Part shown: positions 9,944 through 18,870 of the stretch, one piece after another
Layout of the letters: every line of letters begins with the position of its first letter
How positions within the stretch are numbered: the stretch's first letter is position 1
NCBI GenBank assembly: GCA_963721085.1
Contig: CAVRHW010000034.1
Coordinates: forward strand, 2,675-66,674
Direction of reading: 5' to 3'
DNA length: 64,000 nt
From: an uncultured Gammaproteobacteria bacterium
GTDB taxonomy: Bacteria; Pseudomonadota; Gammaproteobacteria; SZUA-229
Notes under the pieces: generated by a model
Told to the model about the DNA's origin: nothing
The model's database searches: none
The model's input: only the letters and a program-made list of their open reading frames with translations
Program-made: the position numbers and the translations under genes

Positions 9944-12103
9944 ATGTTCGACCCCGAAACGGGCAGAAAGAAAAACCGGAACCGGTCGCTTCTCAACCTT
10001 TCTGACGAAGGCGGCGACCGGGCCGGACATGTGTATCCGCATAGCGAGGAGAAGTCAGAATCAACGTCCGGCGAAACGCGTTTCGAAGACCATTCGGTGG
10101 AGAATGTGCCGGCTGAAAATCCGGGTGATGACGGCGACCGGAGTAATAATGCCCCGATTTCGGACGACGATGAGCCTCAACCCGGTCGCCGGTGGTGGAT
10201 TGGCAAGCTGACCGGCCGTCGCGCCAAAACTGCGGGCAACCGTGATCCCGAACCTCCATTGAATGCGGATGCCAAACACAATAGATTGAGCGGGTATGGT
10301 CGCCGATTTCCGCAGTATCAGCGAGAAATGGCGTACGGCGCAAATATTCCCGGACAATCCGTTGAGTCCATGACGCAATATGGCAATGCCAGACCGGCGA
10401 CAGGCGAGTCGCCTCTCGTCAATCCGGCTGTTCTGCTCGGAACGGTTTGGCGTTTGCGTGTCTTCATCGCCCTGACGACCGTTCTCGGCGCAATCGTCGG
10501 TGTGATGGTGGCGCTGGCGACGCCGCACGAATATCTGGCAATCAGCCAGTTTGTCTATGACCCACGACAGCTGCGGCTGACCGATACGGATTTCCTGCCG
10601 CCGTCCTATTCGTCCGAATCGACATTGGCGCTGGTGGACAGCCAGGTTCGCATCGTTGATTCGGTTCCAGTTTTGGAAGCTGTCATCAAGCAACTGGACC
10701 TGACCGACGATCCGGAATTCAACGGCAGTTCGGAAGCCGGTCTCGGCAGCCTTCTCGGGCTCGCCGGGACGATTTTCACGGGTTCCGGCGACGAAGGAGA
10801 AGACCGGAAGATCGTGACGGTGCACAATCTGGCGCGTGCTGTCGACGTCTACAGGGTTGAAAAGACATTCATCATCCAGATCACGGTAAAAACGCGGGAT
10901 CCGGTAAAATCGGCGAACATCGCCAACAGCATTCTGCATGTCTATATCGACCAGCAGAATCAGACGCAATCCGCGCTCTATGAACGAACGGCGGAATTGC
11001 TCACGCTCCAGCTTGATCAACTGAGGCGCGACGTCGAAAAGGCCGAGCAGCGTGTCGAAAAGTACAAGGCCGAACATGATCTGGTCGATGCCGGCGGCAG
11101 CCTTATTGACGACGAACAACTGGTCAAGCTCAACGAGCAACTGTCCGAGATTCGGGCCCAAAAGGTGGAAATTCAGTCCAAGGCGGAAACGGCGCGCAAG
11201 CTGAATGTAGACGAAATCCTGTCCGGCACGTCGGCGGAAATACTCAAATCCTCGACCATCGGCGAATTGCGGGCCGAATACGCCACCGCCAAGCGCCGTT
11301 TCGATACGCTTGCAACGAGCCTTGGACCACGCCATCCAGAACGGATTGCAGCCGCCGAGGCAGTTAAATCCGCGAAAACAGAAGTCAGCAACGAGTTGCG
11401 ACGCATCGTCGCCTCCACACAGACGGAACTGAGGCGCATCGTTCAGACCGAGCAGCAACTCGCCGCCGATCTTGCGGTGATGAAAAGCAGGCAGATGGAC
11501 ACGTCCGCCGATTTGGTGCGCCTGAGGGAACTGGAACGCGAAGCCAATGCAACCTCGGCAATCTACGAGTTGTCTCTCAAGCGCACCCGCGAGACCCGCG
11601 AACAGCAGAAGATCAGCACCAACAATATCCAGATCGTGGCCGAGGCGACAGCGCCACTGGAACCGGCCGGATCCTCCCGAAAGCTGATCGCCGCAGCCGG
11701 TCTGTTTGGCGGATTTGCGTTCGGAATGGGTATTGCCGTACTGCTTGGACTGTATCGGGGCTTCCTGGCCAACAATACGGCGTCTCGCATGTCGCAAAGC
11801 AGGGCCGAATCACGCCGCAGGCAGCAGGCGCGGTTTGACGAATTGGATGTGGACCCTGACCGGCTCGAGTTGGAGGAAGAGCAGGAACAAGGGGCTGAAA
11901 CAGGAATTGACGAGGAGGCAGAACGAGCACGATCCGATACTCTTGCCGAAGAGACCGGCTTCGAAACTGATGCTCTCGCAGAGGATTGGCAAGACGATCC
12001 CGATAAGATCCGCGAGGATATCCGCGATCTCAAGCGCACCGTCGAACGGTTTCGCAAGGCGCGCGAGGAAGCAAGGCGGCACCGCAGGACTCTGCCTTTG
12101 TAA
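9944..12103 (+). CDS. GumC/ExoP-like polysaccharide co-polymerase (chain-length determinant) without a tyrosine-kinase domain
   Basis: The 719-aa ORF has, in order: a low-complexity N-terminus, a first TM (LRVFIALTTVLGAIVGVMVAL), a Wzz-like segment, a long coiled coil, a second TM (LIAAAGLFGGFAFGMGIAVLLGL) and an acidic tail. There is no Walker A/B. The true start may lie downstream of 9944. Confidence 0.75.
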   Translation: MFDPETGRKKNRNRSLLNLSDEGGDRAGHVYPHSEEKSESTSGETRFEDHSVENVPAENPGDDGDRSNNAPISDDDEPQPGRRWWIGKLTGRRAKTAGNRDPEPPLNADAKHNRLSGYGRRFPQYQREMAYGANIPGQSVESMTQYGNARPATGESPLVNPAVLLGTVWRLRVFIALTTVLGAIVGVMVALATPHEYLAISQFVYDPRQLRLTDTDFLPPSYSSESTLALVDSQVRIVDSVPVLEAVIKQLDLTDDPEFNGSSEAGLGSLLGLAGTIFTGSGDEGEDRKIVTVHNLARAVDVYRVEKTFIIQITVKTRDPVKSANIANSILHVYIDQQNQTQSALYERTAELLTLQLDQLRRDVEKAEQRVEKYKAEHDLVDAGGSLIDDEQLVKLNEQLSEIRAQKVEIQSKAETARKLNVDEILSGTSAEILKSSTIGELRAEYATAKRRFDTLATSLGPRHPERIAAAEAVKSAKTEVSNELRRIVASTQTELRRIVQTEQQLAADLAVMKSRQMDTSADLVRLRELEREANATSAIYELSLKRTRETREQQKISTNNIQIVAEATAPLEPAGSSRKLIAAAGLFGGFAFGMGIAVLLGLYRGFLANNTASRMSQSRAESRRRQQARFDELDVDPDRLELEEEQEQGAETGIDEEAERARSDTLAEETGFETDALAEDWQDDPDKIREDIRDLKRTVERFRKAREEARRHRRTLPL

Positions 12104-12122
12104 CACGACTGTCGACAGAGTC

Positions 12123-12581
12123 TCAGCCGCGGTGCCGGCCTGCGATAAGGAAAAGCCCGCCGAGCAACAGGGCCGCGCCGAGCAGATCGCGCAGACTTAT
12201 GCGCCTGAGTTCCATGCCGAATGCGCCGAAATGGTCATAGGCTAGTGCTGCGGCAAGTTGGCCGCAGACGACAGCCGCCACGAAGGTGGCGACACCTATT
12301 TTCGGAATTGCATGGATCGACAGAAGCACCATCGCCATGCCGATCAGACCACCGGCCCAGATCCATCGCGGCATGGCTACTATGCCGGAGACACGCGGCA
12401 ATCCGATGCCGGTCAACACCGACAGCACCGACAGGGCTGCAAGTGCTACAGCAAAGGCAAAGAGGGCGGCCTGCAACGGTCCGCCCAGATAGGTGGCTGA
12501 TTGCGAAAAGATCGGGCCCTGGGCCGCGAGCAGGGCGCCGCCGGCCAGGGCAAACAGGACGAGAACGGCCTGCATCGTCAT
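12123..12581 (-). CDS. Small DMT-superfamily membrane protein (DUF606/YdcZ-like)
   Basis: 152-aa ORF made of four to five hydrophobic helices. It overlaps the upstream GNAT gene by 4 nt. Confidence 0.55.
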   Translation of the reverse strand: MTMQAVLVLFALAGGALLAAQGPIFSQSATYLGGPLQAALFAFAVALAALSVLSVLTGIGLPRVSGIVAMPRWIWAGGLIGMAMVLLSIHAIPKIGVATFVAAVVCGQLAAALAYDHFGAFGMELRRISLRDLLGAALLLGGLFLIAGRHRG

Positions 12582-13105
12582 AGCGCCTTATACATGATCG
12601 TCGTGGGGTGGAGCCGGTCCTCGATCGGATCGAGGCAGAAATCGGGGATGATACCCACTGTCCGGTATCCCATCGAACTGTAGAGCAGTTCTGCCTTGTC
12701 TCCCGTGCGCGTATCGAGTGTGATCAGCGCCCTGCCAAGGCGCCGAACCTCATTTTCGAGTTCGCCCATCAACGTACGGGCTATGCCGCGGCGACGAAAA
12801 TCGGGATGGACCATCAGCTTGGCGACCTCCGCACGATGGGGCTGATTCGGCGGCGTGTCGTAGTCCAACTGGACGGAACCGGCAATTCGTTCGTCTGAAA
12901 TTGCCGTCCACAGGACGCGTTTGCCGCCGTACAGGGCTGGGAGAACCTTTATCCTCCAGAACGCTTCGCCATCTTCCTGTTCGAATGGCAGGACGAAGTT
13001 GATATTGGCTCCGGCATGGACGCAATCGCGCAGCAGCGCGCCGAGCGCCTGGACCTGGCCGTCCAGTTCATCTGCGCCGATCGTCGTGATTGTCATCCCA
13101 GTCAT
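12578..13105 (-). CDS. GNAT-family N-acetyltransferase
   Basis: The acetyl-CoA binding core reads LMVHPDFRRRGIARTLMGELENEVRRLGRALITLDT. Confidence 0.8.
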   Translation of the reverse strand: MTGMTITTIGADELDGQVQALGALLRDCVHAGANINFVLPFEQEDGEAFWRIKVLPALYGGKRVLWTAISDERIAGSVQLDYDTPPNQPHRAEVAKLMVHPDFRRRGIARTLMGELENEVRRLGRALITLDTRTGDKAELLYSSMGYRTVGIIPDFCLDPIEDRLHPTTIMYKAL

Positions 13106-13114
13106 CGTTCGGTC

Positions 13115-13687
13115 TCAAACAACAAAAATCAGATATTTTGCGCCCTGATCGACCGGCGTCGTGAAGGTGTTGGGACCGAAGAGCTGGAACCGCAGGCAGT
13201 CGCCAGCGCACAATCGGTGGGTCCTGCCGTCGACCGTCACCGCCAACTCGCCTTCGCACATCACAATGTGCTGTTCCAGCCCCGGCCGTGCGGGACCGTC
13301 ATAGGCGATGCGTGTACCGGGATCGATCTCGCACTCCAGCACCTCGCCGGTAAGCGCCGTGGCAGGTGGAGACACCTGGCGTCGCCGGAAACCGATTTCC
13401 GGATCCTTCCAGACCGGCTGTTCATTTCTGTGGAGGAGTGGCTGGAACTCGTCCTCGACCATCATCATGAGCCGCGACATTGTCAGGCGGTAGGCCGAAC
13501 ACAGCCTGCCAAGTACGCTTGTCGTCGGGCTGACATCGGCTTTTTCAAGCCTGGACAGGGTGGCCCGGCTCACCCCGCTTCGCTCGGCCAGTTCGTCCAG
13601 CGACCAACCGCTTTCGCTCCGCAGAGCCTTGAGTTGCCGAGCGATCCGCAGGTCGATGGCCCTGTCATATTCGATGATATTTTCCAT
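13115..13687 (-). CDS. XRE-family HTH regulator with C-terminal cupin domain
   Basis: The likely start is ATG 13687 (MENIIEYD...). HTH: WSLDELAERSGVSRATLSRLEK. The beta-rich C-terminal half reads IAYDGPARPGLEQHIVMCEGELAVTVDG... Confidence 0.8.
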   Translation of the reverse strand: MENIIEYDRAIDLRIARQLKALRSESGWSLDELAERSGVSRATLSRLEKADVSPTTSVLGRLCSAYRLTMSRLMMMVEDEFQPLLHRNEQPVWKDPEIGFRRRQVSPPATALTGEVLECEIDPGTRIAYDGPARPGLEQHIVMCEGELAVTVDGRTHRLCAGDCLRFQLFGPNTFTTPVDQGAKYLIFVV

Positions 13688-13793
13688 ATAATAGAGATTT
13701 TCTCGAATATGAGAATATGTCAAGTGGGATTCTGGTGGTAAACCTCCGGCGTCAACCGGATTTAGAAGTCCCGTCAGCAGGCTGCGGTCCTGC

Positions 13794-14000
13794 CTACGAG
13801 AGGTTACCTGCAGATTTTTCAAGGATGTTGGCGACGTGCCATTTCACCGTGTGTGAGAGCAGCGAAATCTTGCGCGGAATCAGCTTGTTGCTGTCGCGTT
13901 GTGAAAGCAGGTCGAGTATTTCGACCTGGCGGGCGTACAGGTCAAACTGCAATTCCGGCTTGGTGGAGGCCGCCCGGCATTTGTACAGGCGTTTGGCATT
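13794..14000 (-). pseudogene. Orphan LuxR/FixJ-type HTH domain remnant (no receiver or ligand domain, no start codon)
   Basis: The open frame after an in-frame TGA reads ...LYARQVEILDLLSQRDSNKLIPRKISLLSHTVKWHVANILEKSAGNLS*. This is a complete GerE-type HTH only, with no ATG/GTG/TTG upstream of the HTH in frame. Confidence 0.45.
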
Positions 14001-14032
14001 TCACTGCGTTCATCGTCGGTGATCTCCATCAC

Positions 14033-14302
14033 ATGAGCGACAAAGAAACCATCCCGCAGCCGGTCCCGTGGGAATTCTATGACGAAAATGCGTTGGACGT
14101 GATCGAACATGGGATCTTCACGTCCATCCCGCCTGGTGAAATGGGAAAGACAATGGCCCCCTATGATTTTGACCATGAAGCAGCCGGAGCGTATCGATCA
14201 GCTGACGGCCATGAGGTGGGAATTGCTCGTCTGCATCTTCAACCAATTGACGGACAAGGTCGTCAGCACCAATGTCTCTCCCCTCGACTGGACTCATCTT
14301 GA
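14033..14302 (+). CDS. Hypothetical protein (possibly frameshifted; alternative C-terminus in the frame ending 14336)
   Basis: ATG 14033 (MSDKETIPQPVPWEFYDENALDVIEHGIF...). The overlapping frame 14109-14336 reads more protein-like at the end (IDQLTAMRWELLVCIFNQLTDKVV...). I recognise no family. Confidence 0.3.
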   Translation: MSDKETIPQPVPWEFYDENALDVIEHGIFTSIPPGEMGKTMAPYDFDHEAAGAYRSADGHEVGIARLHLQPIDGQGRQHQCLSPRLDSS

Positions 14303-14525
14303 CAGCCATATGAATCGGGAAGCCGTTGCAGTCTGACCGGCGGTAACAAGCACGCCGTTCATGGCGGTGTCCACAAAGCGCCATCGCGCAGATTGATGTG
14401 CGGCTGATCCGTCGAAACACGGTTCCGCTTAAGATATGAGTCAAGTTGCCTGTCGCCATCATCGACGGCATCCGGTACCCTGCTGTCTCGCAAAAACTCG
14501 GAAAATCGAAAGAGGCACGAGGCAA

Positions 14526-15143
14526 ATGGAGTTGCTGGCGAACAGCGAAGAGCGTCCTGAAATGGATGGTGATCGGCTCCAGGGGATCATCGATTTTCTG
14601 CAGGCCGCCGAGCGGCTGAAGGATACGCTGCGAAGTGGTGTAACCTCGAAAGGCCGCCCGGAAAGTACCGCCGAGCACACCTGGCGTCTCTGCCTGATGG
14701 TCATGTTGTTCAGTCGTGAACTGGAAGGCTGCGATATGCTTCGCCTTCTCAAGCTGTGTATTGTCCATGATCTCGGCGAGGCGATTTCAGGCGACGTACC
14801 GGCTATCCACCAGACTGGCGATGACGGAAGGGCCGCGCGCGAGCGGATAGACCTGACAACCCTGTGCGAGCCCCTGGCAGATGACTTGCGCCGGGAGATC
14901 ATCGAACTGTGGGACGAATACAATGAGGCCTCCAGCCGAGAGGCCGTTTACGCCAAGGGTTTTGACAAGCTGGAGACCATGCTGCAACATGTCACGGGCA
15001 GGAATGCCCCGGACTTCGACTACGAATTCAACCTGTCTTACGGGCAGCAGCAGACCCGGAGACACCCACTGCTCAGGCAGATCCGCCGGCTGGTCGACGC
15101 AGCCACACTCGCACGTATGGTCGAACAGCAGGGGCCGGAGTAG
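14526..15143 (+). CDS. HD-domain phosphohydrolase (YfbR-like 5'-deoxynucleotidase family)
   Basis: The likely start is ATG 14526. The H..HD metal motif context reads ESTAEHTWRLCLMVML...IVHDLGEAISGDVPA. Confidence 0.75.
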   Translation: MELLANSEERPEMDGDRLQGIIDFLQAAERLKDTLRSGVTSKGRPESTAEHTWRLCLMVMLFSRELEGCDMLRLLKLCIVHDLGEAISGDVPAIHQTGDDGRAARERIDLTTLCEPLADDLRREIIELWDEYNEASSREAVYAKGFDKLETMLQHVTGRNAPDFDYEFNLSYGQQQTRRHPLLRQIRRLVDAATLARMVEQQGPE

Positions 15144-15167
15144 TCTTTAATGCCTGCTTGCCACGGT

Positions 15168-16692
15168 TCAGTACCAGGCATCAGGTAGTTCGCGCTTGCG
15201 CCGCTCGACATAGTCTTGCAGTGCTTCGTCCGTTGCGGGATCTATGAATGGGGCTTGATAGCTCTCAAGCAGGCTGTTCCAGCGCTCGAAGGCGCGTGTC
15301 TGCATGTCCTTCGAGCCGCGTTCTTCCCAGCTTTCCACGTTTTCGCTGTCCGACAATGCGGAATCGTAGAAGGCTGTGCGATAGTTTGCCATCGTATGTC
15401 CGCAACCGAGAAAATGCCCCGCCGGCTCGACTTCGCCATAGGCGTCACGGGCTAGTGCGTTGTCGTCGACATTCAGACCGGCGAGCAGTAGTTGGTAGGC
15501 GCCGAGTTCGATCGGCATCCATCACCAACTTCTCGAAACCGGTACAAAGGCCGCCTTCCAGCCAGCCGGCCGCATGCAGCACGAAATTAGCGCCAGCGAG
15601 CGCGGTGGAATGCATGGAATCGGCACTTTCATAGGCCGCCTGGGCGTCGGCAATCTTGGAGGCCGTCAGCGATCCGCCGCAGCGGAATGGCAGTCTCAGG
15701 CGCCGGGCGAGTTGACCGAAAACGTAATTGGACAGAACCGGTTCAGGCATACCGAAGGTCGGCGCGCCCGATTTGAGGCTCATCGAGGACAGGAAATTGC
15801 CCAGCACGAAGGGTGAGCCCTTGCGCACGAGCTGGCTGTAGGCACAGCACATCATTGCTTCAGCGAGCGCCTGGGCGATTGATGCAGCCGTTGTAACCGG
15901 TCCCATCGCGCCGGACAGAATGAACGGGGCGACTATGATGCCCTGGCCGGCGCCGCAATACACTTGGATCGCCTCGGTGACGACCCTGTCCACGAGGAGC
16001 GGCGAATTGGTGTTGACGTTGCCGAGGATGACGCAATTACTGTCAAAGACGGCGTCCCCGTGAAGTATACGTGCCATGGCGACGGAATTGACCGCCCGAT
16101 CCTTCTCGGTGATGGCGCCGAGATGCGGTTTGTCCGAATAGCGCATATGGCAATAGAGCATGTCGAGATGACGCTTGGAGACAGGCACGTCGCAGGGCTC
16201 GCAGGTCACGAAGCCGCCGTGGTGGAGGCTGGGTAGCCGGCTGGTCAGCTTAACCAGCTTTTCGAAATCGTCGATCGTTCCGTAGCGCCGCCCGCCTTCC
16301 AGGTCCCGGACGAAGGGCGGACCATAGACAGGAGCAAAAACCTGGCCGGATCCGCCGATCAAAACACTGCGCTCGGGATTGCGAGCGATCTGGGTAAAGG
16401 TGGATGGCGCGGTTGAACACAGGTTTCTGATGAGTTGGGCATCGGCACGTACGCGCGTCTCACGGACATCCGCCCCGGCTTCCTTCCATGTCACCAGTGC
16501 CTTTGGATCTTCGCGGAATTCGACACCGATTTCCTCGATCAGCCAGTCGGCCTGGTTTTCGAGCCGAACCAGGGATTCCTCATCGAGAATTTCGAAATAG
16601 GGAATCGCACGGCGAACATAGGCCGTTGTGGGCTGCGTTTCGTGAATACCGGCGCCGCGGTTTGAACGTCGGTGGCCTCTTCGTCTTGACAT
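15168..16692 (-). pseudogene. MttB-superfamily (non-pyrrolysine) methyltransferase, one frame change near 15,510
   Basis: 16692-15445 reads a typical MttB-family protein (MSRRRGHRR..., ...NVNTNSPLLVDR..., GFEKLVMDAD). The conserved C-terminus (ELGAYQLLLAGLNVDDNALARDAY...FLGCGHTMANYRTAFY) continues in another frame at 15518-15168. Confidence 0.85.
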
Positions 16693-16937
16693 TGCATACC
16701 CTCAAGCAAGCCGTCGGCTGACTATATTCGACCGCTTCGGACGCGTAACCGTAAAAAAACTTTGCGGTCGGGATAGTTCAGTTCATGTCTGGGTAGAGAA
16801 ATCCGAATACAAAATGCCGTTCGCGGGCCAGTCACCCGTGACGGAATCTGCACACTGTGGCTACGCGCGGGGTTGACGTGGCTGGAGCCGGACTACAAAG
16901 CGACGCATGATTTGACGTATGGAATTGGGAGATCTTC

Positions 16938-17837
16938 ATGGTGACTGTGATCGATGGCAAGGCTGCGGCTGAAAAGGTTTTGGAAAAGGTCAAGGAAGCG
17001 GCAGCGACCCTGAAGGCCGAAAGTGGAGTGACACCTGGTATCGCGGTTGTCATCGTTGGCGAGGACCCGGCAAGCCAGGTCTATGTGGCGTCTAAGGGTC
17101 GGACGGCGAAAGAATGCGGCTTTCACTCGATCGAGCACCGCCTGGCCCAAACGACGTCGCAGACCGCGTTGTTGAAACTCGTTGGCGAGCTCAACGACGA
17201 TCCCTCGATCCACGGCATCCTGGTCCAGCTTCCGCTGCCCGACCATATCGACGAAGGCAAGGTGATCGAGGCGATCAATCCGGACAAGGACGTCGACGGT
17301 TTCCATGTCATCAGTGCTGGAAGGTTGGCCGTTGGCGCGATTGATGAGGCATTCGTGCCCTGCACGCCGGCGGGCTCCATGTTGCTCATCGAGCAGGTTA
17401 AAGGGCATGATCTGTCTGGTCTCAATGCTGTCGTTATCGGCCGCTCCAATATTGTCGGCAAGCCGATGGCCATGCTCCTGCTTGCCGCCAACGCGACCGT
17501 TACCATTGCCCATAGCCGCACCCCGGATCTGCCGGCTACCTGCCGCAACGCCGACATCGTTGTCGCTGCGGTTGGCCGTCCGGAAATGGTCAAGGCCGAC
17601 TGGATCAAGCCTGGTGCGACGGTGATTGACGTGGGCATCAACCGGCTGCCGGCACCCGAGCGCGGCGAAGGCAAGACGCGGCTCGTAGGCGACGTCGACT
17701 TCAAGGCGTGTTCCGAGGTAGCCGGTGCGATCACGCCGGTGCCCGGCGGCGTCGGCAAGATGACCATAGCCATGCTGATGGCGAATACGGTGATTTCGGC
17801 CTACCGCGCGGCAGGCAAGACACCGCCGCATTTCTGA
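16938..17837 (+). CDS. folD: Bifunctional 5,10-methylene-THF dehydrogenase / methenyl-THF cyclohydrolase
   Basis: Intact 299-aa ORF with [34 protein letters not shown] and [11 protein letters not shown]. Confidence 0.95.
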   Translation: MVTVIDGKAAAEKVLEKVKEAAATLKAESGVTPGIAVVIVGEDPASQVYVASKGRTAKECGFHSIEHRLAQTTSQTALLKLVGELNDDPSIHGILVQLPLPDHIDEGKVIEAINPDKDVDGFHVISAGRLAVGAIDEAFVPCTPAGSMLLIEQVKGHDLSGLNAVVIGRSNIVGKPMAMLLLAANATVTIAHSRTPDLPATCRNADIVVAAVGRPEMVKADWIKPGATVIDVGINRLPAPERGEGKTRLVGDVDFKACSEVAGAITPVPGGVGKMTIAMLMANTVISAYRAAGKTPPHF

Positions 17838-18395
17838 TCACCCTGCGCTCCGTGTCGGGAACTTCGCAGCAAAAGGTTCGTTTTCGAGCCGGGCGACGTT
17901 CGCCACGAAGCTGACTGTGTTATAGGTGCCGCAGAGCGCCAGGATTTCCAACTGCTGCTCTGCGGTCCAGTCGGTTTCGAATTGGACCAGTGTCTTGCCG
18001 GACAGCATGCCGTCCCGGCACAACTGATCGATTGCTTCGATCAATGTTGCCTCCGTTTCGCTCCACAACGACCTGCAGATCGAAGGCTGACGCGTCGCGT
18101 TTATCTGTGCGTCACTAAGCCTCGCCTTCATCGCGAAAATAGTGACGTGCACGCCCCATTCATATTCGCAATTGCGATTGGCGGTCGTGCGCAGAATGAC
18201 GATCTCTCTCAAGCGCAGGGGAAGTGGACTATCGCGGTCCAGCAGATTGGGCACGCCCTTCGAAAGGAAGCGCCTGCTGTTGGCAAATGTGCGAAACAGC
18301 GTCAGCAGATAGCCGTCCTGTCTGGGGTAGTTCTCCAGGATTTCGGCGATGTCCGGCGGAAAGGGTTCCGAGAGCGGTACAAGTTTATTGGTCAT
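17838..18395 (-). CDS. Carboxymuconolactone decarboxylase (AhpD-like) family protein
   Basis: 185-aa ORF with CMD-family core ...ILRTTANRNCEYEWGVH... It is divergent from the HxlR regulator gene. Confidence 0.7.
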   Translation of the reverse strand: MTNKLVPLSEPFPPDIAEILENYPRQDGYLLTLFRTFANSRRFLSKGVPNLLDRDSPLPLRLREIVILRTTANRNCEYEWGVHVTIFAMKARLSDAQINATRQPSICRSLWSETEATLIEAIDQLCRDGMLSGKTLVQFETDWTAEQQLEILALCGTYNTVSFVANVARLENEPFAAKFPTRSAG

Positions 18396-18408
18396 GGTGT
18401 TGCTTGAT

Positions 18409-18452
18409 GCTACAAAATACGTAGCGAATTCGTACGCTACATTTTATGTAGC
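18409..18452. promoter_or_regulatory. Two GCTAC...GTAGC inverted repeats in the CMD/HxlR divergent promoter (candidate operator)
   Basis: GCTACaaaatacGTAGC at 18409-18425 and GCTACATtttATGTAGC at 18436-18452. Both lie between the two divergent start codons (18395 and 18471). Confidence 0.35.
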
Positions 18453-18470
18453 GTCAATGGAGAATGTGCG

Positions 18471-18812
18471 ATGAGTAAAAAACCCGGAAGCCCTGTGAGA
18501 GGATCGACAAGCGGGCGACCGATTATGGTACTGCTCGACGTTCTCGGACAGCGATGGACCTTGCGTATTCTCTGGGAGCTTCGCCTCGGCCGTGCAAGCT
18601 TTCGTGATCTGCGTAGGCGTTGCGATGACATTTCACCGACGATATTGAATGGCCGGCTGAAACAGCTGCGGCGAATGCAGCTTGTCGACTTGACCGAAGA
18701 CGGTTACGGCTACACGAAACAGGGGCGGCAATTGAGCGAACAATTCGTTCAGTTGGACCAATGGGCAGAGAAATGGGCTTGTAAGCTATCCGCTCCCCCG
18801 CCATCTCAATAA
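18471..18812 (+). CDS. HxlR-family winged-helix transcriptional regulator
   Basis: RPIMVLLDVLGQRWTLRILWELRLGRASFRDLRRRCDDISPTILNGRLKQL is the HxlR signature. Confidence 0.85.
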   Translation: MSKKPGSPVRGSTSGRPIMVLLDVLGQRWTLRILWELRLGRASFRDLRRRCDDISPTILNGRLKQLRRMQLVDLTEDGYGYTKQGRQLSEQFVQLDQWAEKWACKLSAPPPSQ

Positions 18813-18870
18813 ATCAGGCTGGAACCCTGACCGGCCGGGCCCGCCACAATGCAGCGGGCCTGGGTATTTC

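Noticed and set aside
10061-11797. Very long antisense ORFs in the GC-rich half: 578 aa opposite the exoP-like gene, plus 5413-6384, 16893-17831, 19705-20964 and, in the right half, 58213-59283.
   Set aside because: Each lies exactly opposite a well-supported conserved gene. Their products are Arg/Gly/Ala/Pro-rich and low in complexity, and I recognise no motifs in them. They are the usual stop-poor antisense frames of GC3-rich coding DNA.
14118-14768. 216-aa minus-strand ORF overlapping the HD-domain gene and the hypothetical gene at 14033.
   Set aside because: It is antisense to a motif-supported HD phosphohydrolase. I recognise no motifs in it, and its composition is typical of an antisense frame.
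16693-16937. Possible ZTP (pfl) or other riboswitch in the folD leader.
   Set aside because: I looked for the conserved 3' pseudoknot element (CCGCCUGGGC-like) and the 5' GGGUCGUG/ACUGGCG-type core and found neither. Only a generic GC-rich leader is present.
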